Source: an uncultured Rubrivirga sp.
Lineage (GTDB): Bacteria; Actinomycetota; Actinomycetes; S36-B12
Assembly: GCA_964595675.1 (NCBI GenBank)
Contig: CAZQRR010000002.1
Location: 8,246-72,245, forward strand
Direction: 5' to 3'
DNA: 64,000 nt
This document shows positions 1 through 9,209 of this stretch, piece by piece. The notes below the pieces were generated by a model, which searched no databases, had not been told where the DNA came from, and worked only from the letters and a program-made list of their open reading frames with translations. Made by a program: the position numbers and the translations under genes. Every line of letters starts with the position of its first letter. Position 1 is the stretch's first letter.

Positions 1-222
1 GCGACCTTGAAGCACGCGCAGTGGCGGTCCGCGGTGGCCGAGTTCGTCGCAGAACGCACCGGTGAGCCGCTCACCGGCCTCGGACCCGTGTCCGCAGGAC
101 ACGCGGCACTCGGAATAGCCATGACCGCGTACGAAACCTGGCTGCGAGAGCCGTCACGTTCCCTCCCGAGGCTCATGCGCGAGTCGGGAGACAACCTCCG
201 CCGGAATTGGTCCCTCGCGTGA
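1..222 (+). CDS. 3' end of a gene beginning upstream of the window; product unresolved (helical tail, TetR C-terminal-domain-like by eye)
   Basis: Frame 1 is open from nt 1 to TGA 220-222. The stop overlaps GTG 219-221 of the next gene (GTGA). Only about 73 aa are visible (AVAEFVAERTG...AALGIAMTAYETWL) and there is no diagnostic motif. Confidence 0.35.
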   Translation, partial: ATLKHAQWRSAVAEFVAERTGEPLTGLGPVSAGHAALGIAMTAYETWLREPSRSLPRLMRESGDNLRRNWSLA

Positions 223-1625
223 CGAGTCGTATAACCCTGGCTGCGAGCACGAAGGTCTGGGACAACGGTCGCCTCGTTGCGGGCGGCAGCCCCTGGCGCC
301 TTAGTTCATTACACGGTGGACTCGCCGACCTCGTGCGACGTCTCAACGAAGGATCCCGAGTCCTCGAACTCGAAGGCCACGACGAGAAGTTCGGTCGGGT
401 ACTCATCCAGCGTGGACTGGCGAACCCGGACCCGCATCCTGCGCGAACCTTCACCCTGTCCGATGTGTGTCTGGTCATTCCCGTGCACGATGATCCCGAT
501 GGGGTGCGTGCCTGCCTCGGGTCACTGCCTCACGTCGATGCCATCGTGGTGGACGACGCCTCGACCGACCCCAACTCGCTGATGGACGCCGTATCGCAAT
601 GCCGTGAGCACTCGCGAGCGAACATCACCGTGATCCGCCTCGATGTGAACGTAGGACCCGGTGAGGCACGCAATCGCGGGATCGCCGCTTGTCAACACCC
701 GCTGGTATTGCTCATGGACGCGGATTGCGCCGCCGAACCAGGCTGGCCTGCCCAAGTACTCCACCATTTCGATGATCCTGCGGTGGACGCAGTCGCACCC
801 CGCATAGTGCCAGGCCAAGTGGGCGCGCACACGAAAGAATTCATCGCTGCCCCACTCGATTTGGGCACGCAGGAGGCGTGGGTCAGACCCGGTTCGCGGA
901 TATCGTTCGTGCCGACAGCTGCGCTCCTTGCGCGTAGGGAGTGCCTTATCACCCATGAATTCGACCCCGAACTCCGCCTTGGTGAGGATGTCGACGTCAT
1001 CTGGCGCATCCATGACGCAGGGGGCGGAGTGCGCTTCGATCCTCGGTGCTCGGTCGTTCACCGGACCCGCGGTTCCACGTGGTTGTGGCTTCGGCGCATG
1101 CACCAATACGGCACATCCGCTGCTGCTCTGTCCGCACGTCACCCTGAGCGCCTGGTCGCTGCCGACGTGTCGTTGTGGAACCTTCTCACTATCGCCGGGG
1201 CCACGGCGGGTCACCTCAGGCTAGGTCTCGGAGTCCAGGCTGTCGTCCTAGCGCTCCTGCACCAATCCCTTCGGCGCAATAGCGCTCCGTGGGCGACCTC
1301 GGTCTATCTCGTTCGTTCCGGGCTAGTGTCCGACGCGCGGGGTCTCGGGTCGGCGCTACGTCGGGAGTGGTGGCCCCTAGGTTTGCTCAGCCTGGCGGCG
1401 GCTCCCCGATCGGAGATCGGTAGGCGACTGACCGCGCTCATGGTCGCGCCACTGCTCCAGGACTACGCCAGTCGTCCGAGGGACGAGGGCATCGTGACCT
1501 ATGTCATCGCTCGCTATCTAGGAGACATCGCCTATGGAACCGGAGTCACAGCGGCGGTGGTCCGCCACCGGACCGCTCGGCCGCTGCTTCCACGCGTGCG
1601 ACGACCGAGCATCAATCGTCGATAA
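207..1625 (+). CDS. mftF: Mycofactocin-system glycosyltransferase (GT2 family, MftF-like)
   Basis: 472-aa ORF. It has an N-terminal LVAGGSPWRL segment typical of MftF, a GT2 core (VIPVHDDPDG...VVDDASTD...DADC) and a hydrophobic C-terminal third. A GMC oxidoreductase and a mycofactocin-type SDR are adjacent. The start may be GTG 219 (GTGA overlap) rather than TTG 207. Confidence 0.7.
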   Translation: MVPRVTSRITLAASTKVWDNGRLVAGGSPWRLSSLHGGLADLVRRLNEGSRVLELEGHDEKFGRVLIQRGLANPDPHPARTFTLSDVCLVIPVHDDPDGVRACLGSLPHVDAIVVDDASTDPNSLMDAVSQCREHSRANITVIRLDVNVGPGEARNRGIAACQHPLVLLMDADCAAEPGWPAQVLHHFDDPAVDAVAPRIVPGQVGAHTKEFIAAPLDLGTQEAWVRPGSRISFVPTAALLARRECLITHEFDPELRLGEDVDVIWRIHDAGGGVRFDPRCSVVHRTRGSTWLWLRRMHQYGTSAAALSARHPERLVAADVSLWNLLTIAGATAGHLRLGLGVQAVVLALLHQSLRRNSAPWATSVYLVRSGLVSDARGLGSALRREWWPLGLLSLAAAPRSEIGRRLTALMVAPLLQDYASRPRDEGIVTYVIARYLGDIAYGTGVTAAVVRHRTARPLLPRVRRPSINRR

Positions 1626-3054
1626 CCGGCCAGGCCGGCACCTCCTCAAGTGAACGCCCCATCAGTGCCGCGGTGAGGCGTTCGGCGACCACAACGACCG
1701 GCCAATATGTGTTCGCCGAGGGAATTTGAGGGAACACAGACGCGTCGATCACGTGCAACCCCTGCACGCCGAGCACCGAACCCCGCGTGTCTACCACCAC
1801 CTCGGGGTCACCTTCTGCCCCCATTCGGCAGGTACCGCTGGCGTGAAAGTAGTCGCCGGTCCGACTCCGAATCCACGATTCGAGGTCAGCCGTTTCCATG
1901 GTCGCCATTTCCTCCAGAGCGCTGCTGGCGAGATCGGAAAATGACTGGCTGGCCAAGAGTCCGCAAGCGACGCGCACGCCGTCGGACATAGCGGTGCGGT
2001 CCTTTGGGGCTGAGAGCATCTTCAGTTCCACGCGCGGCGATCCCAGGGGGTTTGTCGGGTCGAGAGTGAGCTCGCCGGCGGAATCCACCGTCATCACAGC
2101 AACAAGAAGGCCCGCAGTGCTCTGTCCACGCGCAGGTTGCCTGGATATGGGCAGTAGTTGAAGGTCTCCGGTGCCTACCGACGACGATGCTCGCATCACG
2201 ACATTCGTGCTCGGTTCACGAGTCGCATTCCGCGTTGAGTCGGCTCCAAGGGCGAGATCGAAACGCACCGATGGGTGGTCACGCAGGTTTCGACCGATTC
2301 CCTGATGCGTGAGTCCGGATCTCAGCAGGATGGCGGGGCTCTCCAGGGCCCCTGCGCACAGCACTACCTGGTCCGCGTCCAACTCGCGACCATCCGCGAG
2401 GTGCACGCCTCGAACTCGGCCAGCGGCCACGACCACGTAACTGACCCGAGTGGATCCAAGAACCGTGATACGCGACGAGATTCGAGCTCGATCCAAGAGC
2501 CCTTCAGCCGTCGACCGACGACCCGTGGCTGTTGCGCTGAGGTACGCCCTTCCGATACCGACGTCTTGCCCGTACGTGTCGACGCCCGCCGGTAGGCCAA
2601 GGTCCTCAGCCGCTTCCCACATCGCTCGGTCGACGACGGTGAAGTGTCGGGATGTCGCCTCCATGAGCGATGACTTCATCTTTGCGAACCATGGCTCCAC
2701 GTCTCTCCAGGCCCATCCTTGGCACCCAAGACTCAACGACCACTCGTCGTAGTCGCTGCTGAGACCTGGCATACACACCATCCCGTTGATGGATCCCGAC
2801 CCACCCACGCCGACTCCGCGCACATACGGACGCGATGGCTCTCCCAGCAAACGCGAGACCATGAGGTGTGCCTCGATTGCCTCGGAATCCTCAAGGGCAT
2901 CGACCCAGTTGAGCGAGGTGATTGCTGAAGAGCGGGTTTTCGGATCTCGATCCGGCCCAGCTTCGATCAGCAGGACATCATTGCCGGGATGTTCGCACAG
3001 GCGCGCCGCCACTAAACACCCCGCGGCACCGGCCCCAACAACGATGTATCTCAT
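1612..3054 (-). CDS. mftG: GMC-family FAD oxidoreductase, mycofactocin-system MftG-like
   Basis: 480 aa. N-terminal FAD fold MRYIVVGAGAAGCLVAARL...LLIEAGPD and a GMC C-terminal region (HASGTCRMG...VIDASVFP). It lies next to mftF and directly downstream of a mycofactocin-type SDR. Its 3' end overlaps the mftF 3' end by 14 nt. Confidence 0.75.
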   Translation of the reverse strand: MRYIVVGAGAAGCLVAARLCEHPGNDVLLIEAGPDRDPKTRSSAITSLNWVDALEDSEAIEAHLMVSRLLGEPSRPYVRGVGVGGSGSINGMVCMPGLSSDYDEWSLSLGCQGWAWRDVEPWFAKMKSSLMEATSRHFTVVDRAMWEAAEDLGLPAGVDTYGQDVGIGRAYLSATATGRRSTAEGLLDRARISSRITVLGSTRVSYVVVAAGRVRGVHLADGRELDADQVVLCAGALESPAILLRSGLTHQGIGRNLRDHPSVRFDLALGADSTRNATREPSTNVVMRASSSVGTGDLQLLPISRQPARGQSTAGLLVAVMTVDSAGELTLDPTNPLGSPRVELKMLSAPKDRTAMSDGVRVACGLLASQSFSDLASSALEEMATMETADLESWIRSRTGDYFHASGTCRMGAEGDPEVVVDTRGSVLGVQGLHVIDASVFPQIPSANTYWPVVVVAERLTAALMGRSLEEVPAWPVIDD

Positions 3055-3081
3055 GGCTCCTTCCGCGACCTGTGCCGCTGA

Positions 3082-3912
3082 CTACTTCAGCATGGTTCCA
3101 GCATCCACCGGCAGCGTGATCCCCGTGATCGTCCTCGCTGCATCGGATGCGAGGAAGGCCACCGCGTTGCTGATGTCCCGAGGATCCACCCATGGCAGAG
3201 GCAAACTGTTCTGTTGCCTGAACAAGGGTTCGACATCCACGCGCGTCGGGCTGTCGTGATCAGGGAGAAAGAGTCGGAACAGTGCATCGTTATCGATCAT
3301 GTCAGTCAAGACACTCGTTGGGTGCACGGTGTTCACACGAATCCGATAGGGAGCAAGTTCACGCGCCAAAGTCCGCATCAGTCCAATAACACCGTGCTTG
3401 GAAGCGACATAATGCGCTTGGTTTTCCCACGCCTTGAACCCGGCCACAGACGAGATGACGATGATGGAGCCTCCTCCTCCCCGAGTCTTCATGGCGGGGA
3501 TGACGGCCTTGCACGTGTGCCAGACGCCCTTCAAATTGACATCGATGACTTCATCCCACATGGACTCAGTGATGTCCTCCGCTGGCGCAAAGCTAAGGAC
3601 TCCTGCGTTGGCGACCACGACGTCAATGCCATCGAATTTGGCAATGCCCTCATCTACCGCGGCCCGTAGGGCTCCGAAGTCACGGACGTCAACGTGTCTG
3701 GCGATGATCCCGCGATCGAGTTCCCGGACCATCCGCTCAGTTGTCTGGAGGTCTTCCGGACTTGCGAGCGGATACGGGACCGTTTCCATTGGAGCGCACA
3801 TGTCGATCGCGATGATGTTTGCACCGAGCTCCGCGAGTCGAACAGCATGACTTCGCCCTTGCCCGCGAGCAGCGCCGGTAATCAAGGCGGTTCTTCCGCG
3901 CAAGTCACCCAC
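3082..3912 (-). CDS. Mycofactocin-coupled SDR-family oxidoreductase
   Basis: Carries the hallmark ITGAARGQGRSHAVRLAELGANIIAIDMC followed by the insert VPYPLASPEDL, an SDR YxxxK (YVASKHG) and the C-terminal motif PVDAG. The 340-aa ORF is trimmed to GTG 3912 (VGDLRGRTALITG) because the upstream 64 aa look non-coding. Confidence 0.8.
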   Translation of the reverse strand: MGDLRGRTALITGAARGQGRSHAVRLAELGANIIAIDMCAPMETVPYPLASPEDLQTTERMVRELDRGIIARHVDVRDFGALRAAVDEGIAKFDGIDVVVANAGVLSFAPAEDITESMWDEVIDVNLKGVWHTCKAVIPAMKTRGGGGSIIVISSVAGFKAWENQAHYVASKHGVIGLMRTLARELAPYRIRVNTVHPTSVLTDMIDNDALFRLFLPDHDSPTRVDVEPLFRQQNSLPLPWVDPRDISNAVAFLASDAARTITGITLPVDAGTMLK

Positions 3913-4024
3913 GGGCCATCCCCCGGGCGCGCCGCAAGCATGGATCACGTCGGGCCCCGATGGACATATCGAACCGATACAAACTCGCCCCTTGCCCGTG
4001 GACCACGACCAGACTAGCCCTACG

Positions 4025-4036
4025 ATTGTTAACGAT
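4025..4036. promoter_or_regulatory. Operator-like AT-rich element ATTGTTAACGAT in the divergent SDR / amidohydrolase intergenic region
   Basis: An AT-rich patch (tacgATTGTTAACGATaaacaaagtttaga) in otherwise GC-rich DNA, 43 nt upstream of ATG 4079. It resembles the ATTGTC-GACAAT family seen elsewhere in the window. Confidence 0.4.
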
Positions 4037-4078
4037 AAACAAAGTTTAGACACCTGCCAGTCCAAGGGAAGGAGAGCC

Positions 4079-4996
4079 ATGACCGACGTCGACATTCCAC
4101 CCATCGCGGACGCTCACCACCACCTCTGGGATATGCGCGACTACCACGTCTGGCTCCATGCGAACCCCCGTGTGGTCAACTTCGTCGGCGACTACGAGTC
4201 CATCTGCCAGGACTACCTCGCAGCCGACTACCTTGCGGATACCGCGGGGCTTCCCGTCATCGCCTCCGTCCACGTCCAGGCGGAATTCGATCCGTCCAAC
4301 CCTGTCGGTGAGACCGCCTGGCTATCCCACCAGGCTCAGGTGACCGGTTTCCCGATGGGCATCGTCGGATTCGCCGACCTCTCCCACCCCGATGTCCAGT
4401 CCCTCCTGGAAGCCCACGCGGAATACGACCGATTCCGAGGTATCCGTCACATGCTCAACTGGGACACCGTCCCAGGCCGATCCTTCGCCGAGCACGGCGA
4501 CTACATGTCGAGTGCCGACTGGCGCCGCGGCTTCGGGCTGCTGGCGGGCATGGGGCTTCGTTTCGACATGCAGATCTGGCCCAACCAAATGCAGGAAGCT
4601 GCGGCACTCATCGCCGACTATCCGGATGCACGCGTCGCCTTGAACCACACTGGGTTCCCGATCGACCGCGACGAGGCATCCATGGAAATGTGGCGTGCGG
4701 GAATGCGCGCACTTGCGTCCAATCCGAACGTGTCGGTGAAGATTTCGGGACTCGGCATGCTCGATCACGAGTGGACGGCGGACTCGATCCGGCCGATCGT
4801 GCTCGAGGCGATCGATATCTTCGGACCCGATCGCGCGATGTTCGCCAGCAACTTCCCCGTCGACAGGCTCTACAGCGACTACCCCACGATCTTCCGCGCG
4901 TTCTCCGAGATCACCGCCGATTTCACCCCTGCCGAACGCACGCGGCTGTTCTCCGGAACCGCGATCGAGTTTTACGACCTGTCGCCCATCGGCTAG
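4079..4996 (+). CDS. Amidohydrolase-2 family metal hydrolase (sugar-lactonase-like, COG3618 type)
   Basis: Starts at ATG 4079 behind the RBS GGAAGGAG. N-terminal ADAHHHLWD metal motif and ...NHTGFP...ASNFPVD. The ORF-track start at 3992 is rejected as an N-terminal extension. Confidence 0.7.
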   Translation: MTDVDIPPIADAHHHLWDMRDYHVWLHANPRVVNFVGDYESICQDYLAADYLADTAGLPVIASVHVQAEFDPSNPVGETAWLSHQAQVTGFPMGIVGFADLSHPDVQSLLEAHAEYDRFRGIRHMLNWDTVPGRSFAEHGDYMSSADWRRGFGLLAGMGLRFDMQIWPNQMQEAAALIADYPDARVALNHTGFPIDRDEASMEMWRAGMRALASNPNVSVKISGLGMLDHEWTADSIRPIVLEAIDIFGPDRAMFASNFPVDRLYSDYPTIFRAFSEITADFTPAERTRLFSGTAIEFYDLSPIG

Positions 4997-5003
4997 GCAA
5001 CGC

Positions 5004-6614
5004 ATGCACTCCGACCCACCAGCACTCGCCGAAGGCCAGTGGCGCACGTGGCAGCAGGCTCAGTGGTCGGAGATCCCCGATCAGTCCAGTCACCAGGTGT
5101 GGGTCTACGCCGGACAACCCTCGTACGCGCCTGGTGACACCGCGACGTTCCACGTGAGCAGCAACGCGGAGGAAGTCCGCCTGTTCCTCGTTTGCGAAGG
5201 GGCACATGCGCGCACCATGGCCGAACTCGGTCCACAGCGGGGAAGCTGGCACGACATGCCTCGCGACGCTGTCCGAGAGGGTTGCCGGTGGCCGGTGACC
5301 TTCACCCTCGAGATCCCACACGAGTGGCCGAGCGGTGGGTACGTGGTGGTGGCCGAAGGCAGGACCGCCGATACGCGCGTGAGTCAGGACGGATTCTTCG
5401 TGCTGCGGGCACACCCGTCGCGACGTTCGAATCTCGCATTGATCGCCTCCACGTACACGTGGAATGCGTACAACGACTGGGGCGGCGCGAGTTCCTATAC
5501 GGCACTCCGCGGGTCCTTCCCCGGCAATTTCGAGCCGCGCCTGAGCCTGCAGCGCCCCTGGTCACGGGGCCAAATCCGTTGCCCGGTGGGTGCACCGCGG
5601 TTCGGTTCCATCCGCCGACCACCCATCGGGTGGGCGGTGCGCCACGAGTGGACCGAATGGGCGTACGCCAACGGGTATGCGCACTGGTCCGCCTCCTCGG
5701 GATGGGCCCGCTACGACGGATTGATGGCAGCGTGGCTCGAGCGCGAAGGGATCGCATGCGATCTGCTCAGCCAGTGGGATCTCGATCGCGATCCCTCGAT
5801 CCTCGATGGATATGACTGCGTCATCACGTGCGGTCACGACGAGTACTGGTCGGCCTCCGGTCGTGCCGTGCTCGCACACTTTCTCGAGGCCGGCGGCCAC
5901 CATGCGCGCTTCGGCGGGAACATCATGTGGCAGGTGCGTGCAGACGCACAGCAGCAGGTCACCGAGTGCTACAAGTTCCGCGCCGACGACGACCCGCACC
6001 GCCACGGTCCCATCGACATGCGCACCGGCGCTTTCGAGGGTCTCGCGATCAATCGACCACCCGTCACGGAATTCGGCGGTAACGCCACCCGCGGCATGTA
6101 CGCCGGATGGGGAGGAAGCGCGATCCGGGGCGTCGGCGGCTTCCTCGTCTACCGACCACGACATTGGGCGTTCGAGGGTCTCGACGCCTACTTCGGCGAC
6201 GTGATCGGTGCGGCAACCAACGTGGTGAGCTACGAGGCCGACGGCGTGGACTACACGATCCGTCACGGCCTGCCTTACCCCACCGGATCCGATGGAACCC
6301 CGGACACTCTCGAGATCCTCGCGCTCACCCCCACCACTTCGGAGGAGGAGAACCACGGGAATCCCGGTTCGCTCTTCGACCCACTCGACAACGATCTGGC
6401 CGGCATCGCGATCCTGCGCTACGGATCGGACTCCCCGGAGCACCGCGACCTATGTCGCTACGGTGCAGCGATGATCACATCGATGCCCGTGGGCGCGGGC
6501 GAAGTCTTCTGCGCTGGGAGCACCGAGTGGCCGTCGAGCCTGCACCGGGGCGACCAGGAGTGCGCGATCATCACCCGCAACGTCCTGCGACGCTTCACAG
6601 CGGATACCCGATGA
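5004..6614 (+). CDS. N,N-dimethylformamidase beta-subunit-like family protein (DUF6605-type), function unknown
   Basis: 536 aa. The segment LIASTYTWNAYNDWGGASSY and the overall layout recall the DMFase large-subunit-like family. The assignment is from memory of that family only. Confidence 0.45.
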   Translation: MHSDPPALAEGQWRTWQQAQWSEIPDQSSHQVWVYAGQPSYAPGDTATFHVSSNAEEVRLFLVCEGAHARTMAELGPQRGSWHDMPRDAVREGCRWPVTFTLEIPHEWPSGGYVVVAEGRTADTRVSQDGFFVLRAHPSRRSNLALIASTYTWNAYNDWGGASSYTALRGSFPGNFEPRLSLQRPWSRGQIRCPVGAPRFGSIRRPPIGWAVRHEWTEWAYANGYAHWSASSGWARYDGLMAAWLEREGIACDLLSQWDLDRDPSILDGYDCVITCGHDEYWSASGRAVLAHFLEAGGHHARFGGNIMWQVRADAQQQVTECYKFRADDDPHRHGPIDMRTGAFEGLAINRPPVTEFGGNATRGMYAGWGGSAIRGVGGFLVYRPRHWAFEGLDAYFGDVIGAATNVVSYEADGVDYTIRHGLPYPTGSDGTPDTLEILALTPTTSEEENHGNPGSLFDPLDNDLAGIAILRYGSDSPEHRDLCRYGAAMITSMPVGAGEVFCAGSTEWPSSLHRGDQECAIITRNVLRRFTADTR

Positions 6615-7498
6615 GCGCCGTGGTGCGCGCGATCGGACCCCGCTGCGTCCTCGGCGAATCCCCCCTGTGGGATGCCCGCACCGGCGAGCTGCTCTGGGTC
6701 GATATCGACGGCCGACAGGTGCACCGCTGGAGCTGGGACACTGAGGAGGTCACCTCCCTGACCCTCGCGGATCGACCGGGCAGCATCGCCCTCACACCAG
6801 ATCCCGAAACAGTGGTGCTCGCCAGCGAGCATCGCATCGGCCTCCTGCATCTCGATGGCCGCATCGACTGGAAGGTCACGCTGCCCATCCCGCACCCGAC
6901 GGTGCGCCTCAACGACGGCCGGGTCAGTGTCACCGGTGACTTCTGGGTGGGGTCGATGCATGTGCCGTCCAAGGACCGCCGCTTCATCAGCGCCATCTAC
7001 CGCATCCACCCGGATTGGACGTGGGAGCCGGTCATCACCGAGGTCGGCGTGGCCAACGCACTCGTCTCCACCCCCACCGGCATGCACTGGGCCGACACCC
7101 TGCACGGCGCCTGCTGGATCCTCGACGAAGCGGCTCCGACACCCGTCGCGAGCGGTTCAGGCGAGCCGCACGCCACCTTCGCCGCTGCGGGCCTGGAGGG
7201 TGGCCCCGACGGCGCCTGCATCGACGCCCAGGACAACGTCTGGATCGCGTGCGTGCATGGCGGTGCACTCGCCTGCTTCGATGCCGCGGGGCAGTTGATC
7301 GAACGGATCGAGCTACCGGTGCGGCGCCCCACGTGCCCCGTCTTCGGAGGCCCGGACCTGCGGACCCTGTTCCTGACCACCATCGGCGGGGGCGGCAACT
7401 ACCCGGTGTTCGACGACGAACCCGACGCCGGCCGGGTCCTGGTCCTCGATGTAGATCGTCAGGGTGTTCCCGAGAACGTGTTCCACCCAACATCCTGA
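6611..7498 (+). CDS. SMP-30/gluconolactonase/LRE-family lactonase
   Basis: ATG 6611 overlaps the upstream TGA (ATGA). GESPLWDARTGELLWVDI, NDGRV and GGPDGACID are beta-propeller lactonase motifs. The ORF-track start at 6107 is rejected. Confidence 0.75.
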   Translation: MSAVVRAIGPRCVLGESPLWDARTGELLWVDIDGRQVHRWSWDTEEVTSLTLADRPGSIALTPDPETVVLASEHRIGLLHLDGRIDWKVTLPIPHPTVRLNDGRVSVTGDFWVGSMHVPSKDRRFISAIYRIHPDWTWEPVITEVGVANALVSTPTGMHWADTLHGACWILDEAAPTPVASGSGEPHATFAAAGLEGGPDGACIDAQDNVWIACVHGGALACFDAAGQLIERIELPVRRPTCPVFGGPDLRTLFLTTIGGGGNYPVFDDEPDAGRVLVLDVDRQGVPENVFHPTS

Positions 7499-7500
7499 CA

Positions 7501-8559
7501 TCAGGACGTCAGAATCCGCCCCCACGCCTGATCGAGACTGATCTCACCCCGCACCAGACCGATCGCGAGGCCGAGGACGAACAACTCCTGCTCGGGCGAA
7601 AGATAGGTGACCCGCGACACTCCGCGCACTCGCGCGGCGAGGATGGCTCCCGTATGCCGGTCCCAGCGATCGACGTCAACGAGCTCGCTGTCGCGTCGAT
7701 AGGCGCGTTCGAAAGCGCGACGTGCACCATCCAGGGACGTGGCTATCTGGGGGCGCGCTACGGCCTTGCACGCCAGGTGGGTGGACAGGTAGGCAACGTC
7801 AAGTGCCGGGTTCCCGACGTGCGCGACCTCCGCATCGAGCATCCATGCCCCGAATGAGGCGTCGGAGGGGCCCACCAGGACGTTCTTCGGTGAGAAGTCG
7901 CCATGGACAAGGCAGGTGCGGGCCTGGTCTAGCTCATCGGCAAGGGCGCGCAATTCCTGACCGATCTCGGGAACTTCGTTTGCCGTGGCGCGATGGAACG
8001 GGTCGGTGCGCAGGGTGCGCAGGCGATCGCCGGTGAGCAACACGTCGGGCAGAACGCTGGTGTCCCGGCTGTCCATGTGCCAGGCGGCAAGGGTGGTGCC
8101 GAGGTGCTCACCGATACGTGCGAGTCGCCCTGCCATGACGTCGGGGGAATCAGCATCTGCGTCGAGCATCTGACGTCGCCACTCGCTCCATCCGACAGGC
8201 GCGGCCTCAATGACGAGTACGGGAGCCGAGGGATGCCGCCAGACCACGCGCGGTACCGAGTCGGGTGTGATTGCGCCAAACCAAGTTAAGGCCGCGGCCT
8301 CAGCGAAGCCACGCGAGACGTCTGCCTCCCACAGAATAGCTGTACGCAATGTGGCCAAGGGTGCCTTGACCACGAGGCCGTGGGGATTCGCGTGGCGCAC
8401 TCCAGGCATCAGGTCATCCGGGCTAACTCGCCAGACCTCGCAGGACACTCCACCCGTCAAGGGCACGAGCAACGCATCACGGCTCAAGACTTCAGCCTCC
8501 TGCAAGTCTTGCAGCAGCATCTCGACGCCCAGCGCCTCGTCGGTCACAACATCCATCAT
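7501..8559 (-). CDS. Phosphotransferase-family kinase (APH / choline-kinase fold)
   Basis: 352 aa with the Brenner-type motif CLVHGDFSPKNVLV followed by DAEVAHVGNPALD. It is the last gene of the long minus-strand chain. Confidence 0.65.
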   Translation of the reverse strand: MMDVVTDEALGVEMLLQDLQEAEVLSRDALLVPLTGGVSCEVWRVSPDDLMPGVRHANPHGLVVKAPLATLRTAILWEADVSRGFAEAAALTWFGAITPDSVPRVVWRHPSAPVLVIEAAPVGWSEWRRQMLDADADSPDVMAGRLARIGEHLGTTLAAWHMDSRDTSVLPDVLLTGDRLRTLRTDPFHRATANEVPEIGQELRALADELDQARTCLVHGDFSPKNVLVGPSDASFGAWMLDAEVAHVGNPALDVAYLSTHLACKAVARPQIATSLDGARRAFERAYRRDSELVDVDRWDRHTGAILAARVRGVSRVTYLSPEQELFVLGLAIGLVRGEISLDQAWGRILTS

Positions 8560-8561
8560 TC

Positions 8562-9209
8562 TTAGGTGATCCGAGTACGCGAGAACGCGTAATGGGCAGC
8601 GCAGGCTTCACGGATCCTCGAGTCGTCAGCTTCTGCGATGGCCTCAACCATGTTCAGGTGGAGCATGGAGGGCGGACGTTGACGAATGGACGTGTCAGCA
8701 ACCTCTACAGGCTGCAAGTACAACCTGGTCTGGTCCGTGAGGTTCGTCGAGATCTCGACGAGTCGGGAATTGCCGCTGGCCGTAGCGAGCAGCACATGGA
8801 ACTCCAAATCGGCCGCAAGACCCTCCGCAAAACCTCCCTCGTCCCAGCACCTCTCAATGCGCTGCTGACCCTCCCGCAGTTCCTGAATGATTGACTCATC
8901 ACGCAGGCCAGCCACCAGCCGGCCAGCAGCGAGGTCAATCACTTCGCGAACATGGTAGATCTCGAGCAGATCAGAGTTAGTCACGACTCGAACCGTGATG
9001 CCCCGTCTGGGATTCACCACCACCAGACCTTCGGATTCGAGGACGAAGGCAGCCTCCCTCACCGAGCCGGCACTGACGCCGTACTGACCTGCGATCGCCC
9101 CCACATCGACTTTTTGTCCGGGAGCCAACTCACGCCCGAGGATCTGGGCGCGAAGTTTCCGGGCGATCAACTCCCTCAACGACTGGTGCTGAAGCATGGC
9201 TTCGGTCAT
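8562..9209 (-). CDS. GntR-family transcriptional regulator (FadR/FCD subfamily)
   Basis: The N-terminal winged HTH (LRAQILGRELAPGQKVDVGAIAGQYGVSAGSVREAAFVLESEGLVV) is followed by a helical FCD-like domain. Confidence 0.8.
   Translation of the reverse strand: MTEAMLQHQSLRELIARKLRAQILGRELAPGQKVDVGAIAGQYGVSAGSVREAAFVLESEGLVVVNPRRGITVRVVTNSDLLEIYHVREVIDLAAGRLVAGLRDESIIQELREGQQRIERCWDEGGFAEGLAADLEFHVLLATASGNSRLVEISTNLTDQTRLYLQPVEVADTSIRQRPPSMLHLNMVEAIAEADDSRIREACAAHYAFSRTRIT

Noticed and set aside
3913-4104. Upstream extensions offered by the ORF track for the SDR (to 4104) and the amidohydrolase (from 3992), and analogous extensions at 6107, 24387, 26385, 27964, 33065, 38420, 43058, 43690, 50132, 54192, 62290, 62577
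   Set aside because: The extensions overlap neighbouring genes or non-coding-looking DNA and lack homology-like sequence. Internal ATG/GTG starts with RBS or with 4-nt stop-start overlaps fit the family N-termini better.
1-4104. Possible mycofactocin precursor (mftA-like small ORF ending in GVY) or radical-SAM gene near mftF/mftG
   Set aside because: No such small ORF or CxxxCxxC protein is visible in the window. If present, mftA-E would lie upstream of nt 1.
7494-7507. Palindrome CCTGA-CA-TCAGG covering the convergent stop codons of the SMP-30 and kinase genes
   Set aside because: It is only 5 bp per arm and is produced by two facing TGA stops. It is too short to claim a bidirectional terminator.
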